Assembly: GCA_965202585.1 (NCBI GenBank)
Contig: OZ241831.1
Location: forward strand, 44,082,001 to 44,146,000
DNA from: Thalia democratica
Lineage: Eukaryota
DNA length: 64,000 nt
Direction of reading: 5' to 3'
A model generated the notes under the pieces. That model was not told the origin of the DNA, did no database searches, and saw nothing but the letters and a program-made list of their open reading frames with translations. The position numbers and the translations under genes were made by a program. Numbering within the stretch: position 1 is the first letter of the stretch; each line of letters opens with the position of its first letter. This document shows, piece by piece, positions 1-12,000 of this stretch.

Positions 1-85
1 TTCAAGCTGCTCTTTCTTGGCCAACAAAGTCGTGTTGTTTGACTGGGAGTCAAAAAGATTTGTTTCCAAAGCTTCCTTGTCAGAT
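1..85 (-). CDS. CROCC: Rootletin exon, truncated by window edge (SDKEALETNLFDSQSNNTTLLAKKEQLE)
   Basis: TTTAAG acceptor at 86-87, phase 2 in, open to position 1. Confidence 0.85.
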
Positions 86-3000
86 CTTAAATTTAAAAGG
101 AATGAAAATTTTAGAATTAAGTTTTGAACGCTAAAGCTTTTAAAACATAAACAAGTGCAAACATATAAAAGTTCAAACTAAAATAAGTTAAATACTTTTT
201 AATAATTTAAGATTTTCTAGATTAATATATTTATTCTTTCAAAAATTTATTTTACAAGCTAAGTTTCGGTCAAAGACCTCTTCAGTGCTTAAATAAATCT
301 TATTCAAATAGAATCTCTTCTATTTGAATAAGATTTATTTAAGCACTGAAGAGGTCTTTGACCGAAACTTAGCTTGTAAAATAAATTTTTGAAAGAATAA
401 ATATATTACTTCTCCTCCAGCAGTTGAGATCTCTCTATTTGTTTTCTTGAAACCAAAACATATTATATTTTCTAGATTAAGTAAAAGTGAAACAAACCTG
501 AGCCCGGCAATTTCTTCAGACAGGGATCTGTTTTCCCTCTCGGTTGCAGTGAGCTGAACAATCAAGTTGGCTTTCTCCTTGGCCAGCTCCTCTTTCTCCT
601 TCGCCAGCTTTCCGTTGAAGTCGTTCAGTCTCACGTTGTCTTCCTGGCTCCTTGAGAGGTCTTCCTCGATCGCGGCCTTCTGGCGAGTCGTCTGAAGTAC
701 AATAAGTTGTTGTTGAGAAAATAATGTTGTTTGATGCGTTTAAAAAAAATCTGTTTTTATTATTGAATAAACTTTTGAACACAGTTTTTATTAAACTAAG
801 ATGCTACTTTTAGAAATCTGTTTTAACTTGATTAATGTTATGTAAGTCTATAAAATAAATTAATTTGTTTAACTTTGTTTTACCGAAAGTTTAAGCGTTT
901 TATCTGTTTGAAAACAACATTTTTCTTATACTTTAAATACCAACCTGTCCGAGGGTGTCGGCGAGATCCGCTTTCTCCCGGTGGCTCACCATCAGGTCCT
1001 GCTCCAGCTTCTCCCTGCTCTGCTCCGTCAGCACCAGCGAGTGGTCCAATCCGGCCTTCTCGTTGTGCAGGTCCATCTTCTCCTGCTCCGTCTTGATCAG
1101 CTCGGCGCGGATCGAGTCCTTCTCCAGCGCCAGGTCGTGCTTGGCCGCTCCCAACGCCGCGAACTTGTCTTCCATCTGTTGTTTGATTTTTGAGTTGACA
1201 GTTTGTTAGAAAAATATTGGTTTTCCCGTTAAACCGTTTACAACTTTACCTGTTGTCTCTATTACTATTTAAAAAATCGGTTTTAATACTTGCTTTTGTT
1301 AGTATCTTACCTATTTTAGTTAAATTATTTGCTTGTTAGATAATCAAATTGAGTTTTTTACTAAATTGCTGTTTTTTTCACTTTTTGTCACTTCGTTTAA
1401 CTCGAAGTGCTTGCCACATAATTCCGTCCTCGCAAGTTTAAGTTTTCTCATTGATGGGACAGTTTTAATAATCTTAAAGTTTAGAAAAAAAAAATGTCGT
1501 TAAAATGTTTACTGCCTTTTTATCTGTTAGCTATAAATTTTAAAGTTTTAAAACTATAAACATAACAGTAAAATTCGTGAGTGGTCGATAATAAAAGTTG
1601 TACAAGAATAAACTAACAGCAAACTGTTTTAATGCTAAAGTTAATAAAAAGCAACTCCAAAATTGTCTACAATACACGGAGTCGTAAACTATAATGATTT
1701 AAAAAATACAGCAAATATTGTTTTTTTAAATACTGTACATAAAATTTTATAACTGTTTGAGATTTACGAAAGTTACTATCGAAACACGTAGTCATTAATA
1801 ACTCATTCAAGACGTTTGTTTGTATGGTAAATAATATGCGGAGCGGAAATTAAAAAAACTAACTAATTTTTATTTGTTTACGATATTTATCGTAAGCAAA
1901 GTATAATATTTTCTTGTAAAACATGGCACAAACTGTCAAATACTAGCAATTTACAACATCAAGTGCATACTTGACGTTTAGCTTCTTAGAAAAGGTTCTT
2001 GAATAACAAACTGAAAATACTAGATTATTATTTTACAAATATTACGTATGTACAACTGCGAAACTTTTACAAGCGACTTAATTTGATCTACGTAAAAAAA
2101 TTAAATGGATTATCTATGTTAAGTTGGTATTCGTACCTCGGCGATGACTCTGTAGAGTTCAATCTTGTCCTGAGCAAGTCCCTCGTTGAGGTTCTGCATC
2201 TTGGCCACCTGATCCCTCAACGACGCTTCCTCCGTCTTCAGCTTGTTCAATGCCAGCTCTATTTCCGCGTTCGTCGTTTCAACCTGTGAGATAAAATTAT
2301 ACCTCTACTAATGCTGTATAAAAAACTGGTACTTTAATAGCTTCTATATGAACAAAAAAATATAAACTTTTAAATACAGAAAATATCCAAAACCTTTGCA
2401 AGAGCCTCGACGACTTCCGATTTCTCCGCTTCCATGATTTCTTTCGCCAGCACTGATTTGTTGAGAGCCTCCTTGACGGTCACCAGCTGCTCTCGTAGCG
2501 AGGACTTTTCACCGTCCATTGTAACTTCTGCTGATTTTCTGTTACAAAATAAGTTCTTCGTTAGTAAAAAAAATTGAAATATGAAAAAATTAAATTAATA
2601 TAGTTGATAAAACAGTTCAGCAGTTACCTTAAGTTTGTTAAAAGTCTTTTTAATTACTAATAAATAAGATATGTCTTAAAAGTATGAAAAACAAAAACAA
2701 AAATATTTAAAAACAAAAATTAAAAATATTTTTGATTATTGAACAAGCTGTCGATAAGAAGTTTATAAACAAAACTAAAAAACTTAATTTAATAACTCTA
2801 AAAACCTTGTACAAATTAAGTTTCTTTTGAAATATATATTATTTTCATTACTAACCCTCTTTCAAGTTCCTTCTGTTTTCTCGCCAGGTCTTTCAGCAGG
2901 TCTTCCTTCTCGTCCTCCAGGTTGTCCCTGGTTCGCTGAAGGTCCGCGTTCGCCGCTTGGAGGCGCTCTTTCTCCGTCCGCAACGACTCGATCCTCGACT

Positions 3001-6000
3001 GCAGCGACTCTCTCTCCTTGCCCATCTCGTTCTTCTCACTAGACGTGTGTTGAACTTTGTTAGTAATGTGTATTTAAAGTTTTAACATGCTTATGATTTA
3101 AAAACTCTTCTTTTAGCTTCTAATGAGGATTTTTTTTTTGTATATTTGCCAACATAAACAGCTTATTTTCAAGTACCAGTAATTAAGCTTAGTTTATATA
3201 TAAGTATATAAATATCGAAAATTTATTTTAATGGTCAGTAACAACTGATGTACATCCAAACACAAACTCACCTTCCAACGACTTCTGCCGACGACTTGTA
3301 CCTGTAAGCGTCCCTCTTGGCGTCCTCCTTCGCTCTGGTGGTCGTGTCCAGGTCCTCTCTGATGGACAGGAGCTGCTTCTCCAGCATGTGCTTGCTGTGG
3401 TCCGCATCAGCCACCTGCTTCTTCAGCGCCGCGTTCGAATCCTTGGCCGCGTCCAATTTGGCTCGAAGCTCCTGATTTTTGGTTTAAAGTTAATTACTTA
3501 CTGCAAAGGTCAGAGTTGTTGTCGGTAAAAGTTTTTTGTTAATACTTTTGCAGTTAGTTTCAAAAGAGTTTTTTTTTGTGAATCTGTCGTGTTTTGAAAC
3601 GTCTTGTTTTTGACGAGATATTTACTTTCTTAATTGTAATGATAAACTTTATCAGTTTTGTTATGCAGGTTACCCACTTTTAATTAAGTTTTATGTGGTA
3701 GGTATTTTTTCATGTTTTTTGGAACATCAAGTGTTTTAATTTAATCAAAAAAAAAAATTGCAGAGTGGTTCTTTGCTTTTACATTTTTGTAATATATGTA
3801 AACCAGAACTGTTAACGTGATTGTTATGAAGATTTTCAAGAGAGCTATATACGTTATAAGAGGCACTTAACATAAGTGAAAACAGTTAAAAATATTTGCA
3901 AAACCAAAAAATTCTTTTTTGAATATTTTGTAGTGGTAAAATGTAAACAAACTTTACGAAACTGTACATAAAAACCAGTTCGAACATTAATTTGAAGCTT
4001 TTTGGGTTTATACCAATGAATAGTCTTACTAAAACCGATATTCGTTTAGGAATTTATTAAAAAGGTGCTTTACTTCATGAATATTAAACGCCTAAATGTT
4101 TTAGAAACACTACAACTATGTAATTTCAAACTGCAAAAAAATAAATGCATACAAATGCAAATGCCTAATAAACCGCCAACAACCAATAGTTTAATAATCT
4201 GTAAAGTAATCATTTCTTGAGTAGTCGTACTTTATAAGTTGTTCTAATTGCACAAACAGAAGCTGTTTTTGATTACATCATTCAATTCGGCAACAACACA
4301 TAATACATCATTAAAGTCAGTTAAATGTTGTTTTATTCAATTAATAATACAAATTCTTCTAAGGCATGGTAGTATACACCAACCTGAACTTGCAGCTGTC
4401 TCTTCTGCAATGCGGCCTGCACCGCGTGGTACGTCGAATCTGCGAACGACGGGGAAACTCCTCTCGCTGCCGGGGATCTCCCTCTTCTCGGTGACCTTCT
4501 ACCGCCTGGTGACGGCGACCTTATCGGGGAATACCCACGACTGTAAGAATGAGTTTTAATTTAGATTTTAAAATAACATGTTATTAAACTTTTTTTTTAG
4601 TAGTAAAAGTATCAAGCTTTTCAAAAATGAATGATACTAAATAAAAAATAGTAATTGTCCTTCAGATCAATAAAAATAACTTTAAGTACATAAAATTTAC
4701 CTCTAAGTAAAACAACTGATATAGTCTTCATGAATCTAAAAAAAATTCTGTTAAAACCATATGAATATTATAGTATGTAAAAACATTACTACAGTTTCTT
4801 AAAGCATACCATGAACAAAATGCATTAAATTAAAAAAAACTCGATAAAAGACACTATACTCTAACAAAGTAAACCTTTCGTTTATGCAAGCTTCCTTCAA
4901 GCTCGCTTTAGCCAGCGCCTTCGCGTCACTCTTACTCTTATCCAGTTCCCTTTCCAGGCTGCTGAAATCGCACCTGCTTTTACTCCGGTGCTTCACCAAT
5001 AAATCCCTCAGCGCCGGATGCCAGTCTTTCAAGTCTTTGGTCGACGAGTTGAGCCTGCTGTCCCTGATCAGCTTCTCGCTCGCCTCTATCATGCTCTGCA
5101 CGCTACTAATGCTCCCGATCATCTCCTTCTTGTTCTTGAACGAGTTGTTGAACACCGACTCGGTTTCAACTTGCCTCTGCTCCCTCACTTTACGCTCGTT
5201 TATGTCTATCAGCCTCTGCACGCTCGTGCTCCTGCTTCTGATCCTGGTCGCCGGTTTCGCTTCCACGGCGCTGGCAGAAGCCTGGTTGGCGGAGCTGTCG
5301 TCTTCGAACGACGAGTTGCCGACGAAGCTGTCGTTTCTGACTTCCATCGACTTCCGGGCTCGCTGCAACATCGGCGACCCGAAGCCGCTGTCGTCACAGT
5401 TCTCACCCCTGCCGGGCTCCTCCGAGAACGCCTCGACCAGCGAAATTTTCCTGCCCTGCCGCTGGACGCTGCGCTTCTTCGGCGTCGGCTTCGGCGTGCT
5501 GCCGTGAACCTTGTTGGTTCTGTACGACATGACAACAAAGCTCGAAACAAAAAACTTTCTTTTCAAATAAAACTTTAAAATTTAGTCTCAACAACTTTTT
5601 CTGCGAACAAATTCGGTCTAAAACTAAACTTTGAAGCTAAATAAACGCAAATACTACTGTGAAGGTATCGCACTGCCAGCTCAACTGAAATTAAACTAAG
5701 TGAAAGTGATTTGCAACCGAACGACAAATTACCCAATGTCAAGTGCACGCCGAAAAAGCTCTTCAGCTCAAACGAGCTTGCAATTGTCAAAAGAAAAGGC
5801 ACAAAAAGCAGAAAGGCTGAGAGCAATTTGTTTTCGCGTTCTGTGGCTGGCTGCCACAGAAGAGAGGGAAATTCGTCGAGGGCCCTTGAAAATTTTCTGC
5901 ACAAAACAGATTTCGCCCGGACTGTTGAGAGGTGCTCTTGTGTGAGGGGCAGAAAATAAGTAACAGTGGCAGAAAATAGCTGGTGTGCAGCCACTTTGGG

Positions 6001-9000
6001 TTATTTTATTTTTCTGCTTCAAGTTCAACGCTCCCTTTTTACGTTGCTACGTGAACTGGTCGAAACGTATACTAATTTTAGTAACATAGTTATTTACATA
6101 TTTTTTTAAAAGGCAAACAAATCTAACGATTCTAATAAGACTGCTACTCGTAAAGCAAACTATTTCTGTAAAAAAAAAAAAACTCTTTTTGCACAATAAG
6201 CTAGTAAATAAAATTTTTATACTGTCACTAAAAATGAATAAATAAAAATTCGATTGTTTTTTTAATATTTTCGATACTTTTGTTAAATACAACTAATAAT
6301 ATAAAAAACATCCTAGATTGTTTTTTTAAATTCTTGCTTTATAACTTTAACCTTGTAAGTGAACTCAACTTAATTCAAACTTAAAATAATACAAAAACAA
6401 ATGACAAAGATGAAATAAGTCTAACAAAGCTGTAGAGTTCAATGCTGTAACCATTTAAAAGTACTAAAAAAACTAAATTTCATCTATGTATTAAACTAGA
6501 CAAATGTTTTTTGTCTTACATAAATAAAAAAATCATCAACACTAACGTGGGAGACACGCTGAGCCCCATGTCGTTCATGCTCTCGCTCAGCTCAGTGACG
6601 GCACTTGCGGGTTTCATCTGATCGTCGCTGAGCGCCATGGCCAGGTCCGCGTCCGCTATGACCGACTGCGCGATGTCCCTGAGCGCCTGCTCGATCATCG
6701 CCTTGTCGTCCCTCAGCTTGGCCATCGTCTCCACGTCCTCTTCCTCCTCTTCCACCCGGGTAGATTCCTGTGCGTTGGTTGTGACAATAAAAAAACGAAT
6801 GAACAAAAAGGTCAGTTCAAACAAGTTCTTATTCAAATGGCACATTTTCCATTAAATAATATTTTTTAACTTTTGTAATGTTACGTGTTGTTTATTGCTT
6901 GTTGAAACTTTTTGCTGCATCAGCTTTTGGATCAAGAAGATTTATGGTCAATTTAAGCAAGGGCTTTCTGAAGTGGGCGATATTACCCTTATGGTGGAGG
7001 TATTGACTATTAAAGGCGTTAACAACTAGTACGGGGTGAAAAATTAAAAGGGTATTTCAATAGCAAAGGAGCCAATATTTTTGTATCTTTTGCAAAAAAA
7101 GAACATAAAAATGATTTTGTGAAACTCTTCTGTGAGCGAGTAATTATTTGTACGCTGGTTATAAACTGAATCCGTAAATTTCTCAACGTAAACACTTACT
7201 TGCGGAATGGACAGGTTGAGTTGGTTGATGGTGCAGTCTTTTTCGTCGTTCTGTTTCTGAAGTCTCTCTGTGGCGACAGTCAGTTCGTTGATCTTGGCGT
7301 TCAGCGCTGCTTTCTCCGTATCGAAATCAGATTGCATCTGTAGCATTTCTTTCACCTGTTTAATATACAAGATTTAATAGATTGTGAAATTTATTACATT
7401 TTTTTAAACAATTGTTTTCATAAGTTAAAACGTAACTTTTAAACACGTTTCATATTTGATGATATTGTGCTATTTACAACAATGAAAAAAAAAGGAAGTC
7501 TGTCTAAATACTTTTCCAAATACAAAATAGAGCTTTTGTACCAAAGTCAAACGTCTTGTAATTAAACTTCGAAAATTTAAATACACATAAGACAAAAAAA
7601 TAATATGTAAAATTACTTTAAATCTTCTACTACCCCTTTTTTTTATTTACACTTAAAAAAAAACACGCCTTTTCTCTCAGCTGATCTTCGACTCCGCTCT
7701 TCTCTCCTCTTTCTTTCTCAAGAGAGACTTTAGCGGACGAGTCCTGAACATTCTGATTGGCTCCGAGGTTCAAGCAGGCGGCGTGAAGTTGACGGGCACC
7801 TCTCTGTGTAAATACACAATTGTAACACAGACATATATCTAACTGTTTGTATGGTATACGAAAAGAAGAATGCGCTTATTTGAACCTTTTGGATGAAAAT
7901 ATAAAAACATATGCTGTAGCGAAGTTTAAAAGCACAATCTTCTTACTACTTTTTAACAATTTAAAAGACTATCAATGTTATCTAAGTTAGATATATTGCA
8001 TTTTGTATACATTAGATTGGTGGCGTATTTAGAGTAAAGGTAGGCATGGTAAGCAACTAAATACAAGTAGTAAATTGCAAAATCCCACCTGGACATCATT
8101 GATAGCTTCGTTCAGGTTGGTCTGAGTGCTGGACTTGAGATCGGTGAATCCCCTTCTGATCTGCACCACTGCCCTCCACAATGCCAGCAATCTGCTGTGC
8201 TCGTCACCAAAGTACGTGCTAAAGTTCTATGAAAGAAGTTATATAAATTTAAAACTTCAAATGTGTCTGTCCTACTATGTTCTTATACAATAAATAGGGA
8301 CAGTAAGTTATACAGTTTTTAGTTAGATCAAACAGAACTATTTTCTAAATAATGTTTACGCCTACTATAAATCTGTACACGAAAACGAACTAAATTTTAT
8401 GGTTTCTGGCTACTTTAAGTAAAATTGTTCAACTTACCACGTGAGTTTAGTAAAAAACATTTTTTGTCAGGAAAAAAATTTAAACAAAATTATTTTGAGT
8501 TAACCGAAACTACTTTTGTAGACTAAAATTTTATATTTATTATTATTACGTCATACAAAATCCTCACCTCTTGTTCTTCCTTCCACTGCTGCTCCGTCGT
8601 CTTCAGTTTCTCCTGAACGTCTTCGAAGTCCTGCTGGCACTTTTGCAGGTCGTCGGTCACTTTCTTCATGTCCTCACTCATCTTCTCGTTGCCCTCGTTC
8701 GCCGCTTGCAGTTGTTCGCGCAACATCGCGTTCACCTCCGCAAGACTTTCGGCTCTGAAGAAAAAAAATACAGTTTGTCTACTGTTAGGTACTTTGAAAC
8801 CTTAAACACCATTTGAATTGTGGAAACGGATCACAAATGCACGGAGCGTCACTTTTGCATTAAATTGTTTCAATTAATTTAGTAATTTAAAACTTTTTAT
8901 GTTTGAAATGTTGTTTTTAAATAAATAAATACTTTCGTACGAACCATAACTGTATATATATTTTATTATATTAAACTTGGAAATAAGTTTCGGTTATTGC

Positions 9001-12000
9001 GAAAGTTTTGTTCGTGCATTTCTGACAACTACCGTGCTTGATTATACATAAGTAGTTTGTTTTTAGGTATTAAGATGTATTTAGACATCATTTAAACTAA
9101 GTACAGTAATTAAGTGTTTTTGCCTGTCAACAATTAAAATCTTGAAAACTTTATATATTGCTTAAGTACATAAAAGTTTTTGGTTTCATAGGTTTACAAA
9201 CGTGTTTTATATTGTAAAGTGTATTTCTCTCCAATAGATCATTTTTATGTGTTTATATAATTTTTTTGTGGCTATCATTAAAAAACTTGCACGAACTTTT
9301 CATTTACCTGTTACTGTTTTCTTAAAATTCAGTAATTTTTGAAAATAATTTATGACAAGTGACTTTTACGGACCACTTTTTAAAGCACTCAGCATATTTA
9401 AAACACGTTGATCCTTTTATCTCATTCAAATGTTGTTTACAAGTGTGCGCAGCGAAAAAAAAATTGACTAAAAACAGCAAACAGTTTAACACTCAAAACA
9501 CTCGCAGTCGTTGACCCAATTACAATTATCGCAGCGAAACAAGCCGATACTATTATGACGTCACAAGCGCTGTCGTCAGGCAAGCGAAAGTATTTAGCGT
9601 CCTCTCACGGTGACGTCACAATGGCGGAGACGCTTTGTACTGGCTCGTGATTGGACGAGGCGTGAGCGACACTTGATCCCGCTTGTTAGCAGTTTGAAAG
9701 TTGTTGTGACAAGTTAATTGCGGCGGAATGTTGAAAAGTTTTAATTATTTGAATTTATTGTGACTAATTAGATTGAAGAGATCAAATGATTAAAATCGTT
9801 TACATCGATTTCGAAATTATGGGTTATAATAAAGAATAATTTGACATGTAAAACAATAAAGTTAGCACTTTTAGTTTAAAAAAAAAATTATGTAAGCCTA
9901 ATTAATTACTTTAATAAAATTTTATTGGAACTATTATAAACTCATAAGTATTGATTTGTTTGGTTTAAATATCTATTTAAATACGCTTGAATGTATTTTG
10001 TCGTAATTGTAGTTTACAGACTTTAAAATTATGGAACAATAGCATACACTAGTCTACAATACCTTATTGACTTTTTCATATGTAAGTAGACCAAAGTATA
10101 CTTCAAAAACAGTAAAAATTTCAAATACATCAAATTCATCTAAGCTAACACATCACGACGTCTTTTAAATAAAAATGATCAAACCCCATTAAAACGTTTC
10201 AAAAGTTTAAAAAAAAAAACATAGTAAAAAAAGTTGGATTTGAAAATATACTTCTCAAATAAATTCTGCAACAGACACGCTTTGTTTATGTTCAACACAA
10301 AAAGCTTAATAGTTTACCGAAGCGATCTTGCGAATTTCACAAAAAGTTCTCATAGAAAAAACGTTACTTTTGACATTGAGGCGCTTTGTATCCTGCACTG
10401 TTGTTATTACAAGCACATTAAAAGAACAGCGGCTTTTCCATTGTTTCCAGAAACAACTTTAAACAAAAAAACTGCGTAAGTATTAATTTCACCTTAAAAC
10501 TTTGACTTTCGTAAGAAAAATTAAATTGAATTAGCTTACAACTAAAGCCTATTCCAGTGTTTAAACTATGCAAATACAATTACAAAGTTGTTCTCAAAAC
10601 TCACACCAAAAGCCTTGCTGATCTTATAATTTTCATTACAAGTTCTATTCTTTCGTACTCCATAACATGCTTGTACTAAATTTTAATTGATAATTAATCT
10701 AACTGTGCGTTTTTTGCCTAATAAAGCATTTTTTTACTACATTAATATTACTAATACACAATTTACGAGTGTCGTTCTTATGCAAAGCACCGGCCATCGA
10801 CATATTTAGTACTTAAGTGCGTGTTAAATGGGAAGTGGGGATTTTTGAGTTTTGTAATCATAATACTAATTGATTGGATTGTATTCTAGATTGTGCATGA
10901 AAATAAAGTATTAGTTATTTAGAATGATATTTAGAAAATAAATTTAGAAAAAATATTTTAACATTGAAATAAAGTTTGAAAACTTCCCAAACTTATGCTA
11001 GTTTATATAATGATGTTAAGTTTTTTTTTTGAATTTGAATTAATTAATGAAATACCTAAACAGATGTTCGGACTATTTTTAAAGATATATGTCCATAAAA
11101 TAGTCATCAACGAAATTTCATAAAGTATGTCTTTAAATAAAATAATGTTATATTTTAAATTATAGGCTAAATGTAGTTATGTTATTTCAAAAACTAACTT
11201 TTTTTTATATTACAAGCAGTTTAGGCGTAGATTAGAATAAAGTCTAAATTATTTTTTTCTGTAGTTTTGTTATTAATGTTAAAAATTGGCAAACAAGAAG
11301 TTTAAAGTTTTAATTTTGATAACATACTTAACAAAGTTTAAGTTGAATTAAAAAATTGTAAAAGTTGCTATACTTTTAATTTTAAAATCAAAACATACTT
11401 TTAATTTTAAAATCAAAACATGTTAGGCTTGTATAACTACACTTAATTGCATGATACAAAAAACTAAAACAGTTGACTAGAACAAAAAAAAATTAAAATT
11501 TAAGTAAAACCGAACAAGAATTTAAAATGCGCCTAATACATGTTGCGTTAAAAGTTTTCAAAATCTATATATTTAAGAAAAAAAAATTTCAAGCTATCAC
11601 AACAATCTCACCTCTTCCGTTCTTCTTCTAGTCTGAGGAGAGCGTCTTCGATATCTGACGTGTGATGAGCCTCACTCCTTCTCAGTCTCGCCTCTGTGGA
11701 GTCCAGCCTCTGCCTGAACGAATCTGCTTTCTCGTCCATCTGTTGATAATATGTTGTTAGATGCAATTTTATTCAGGTTAAAGTAGAGAAAAACCTTGTA
11801 AGTGTATTAAAAAATTCAGGAAATTGTTTGTATAAAAAAAAAAGTAATGTGACTAACTGGTAGTTTTATATTTCTGTTTAGCAGCTCGTAAGTTTAAGTT
11901 TAAAAAAAAGGTTTTAAATTTCTTGAAATTTCTCCTGTCAATTGTTAAAGCACTGAAAGTATTAAATTTTAAACTCAAAACACTATGAAAAATGGAAGAC

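Noticed and set aside
875-1209. Three + strand ORFs over the 945-1175 exon
   Set aside because: Shadows of a GC-rich rootletin exon.
4884-5578. Long + strand ORFs (207 aa, 186 aa) and the alternative-frame minus ORF 5209-5550
   Set aside because: Antisense or frame shadows of the GC-rich minus-strand exon; no independent splice or homology support.
5575-6028. Cluster of 81-139 aa ORFs on both strands
   Set aside because: No recognisable domain or consistent splice sites; better explained by locally raised GC.
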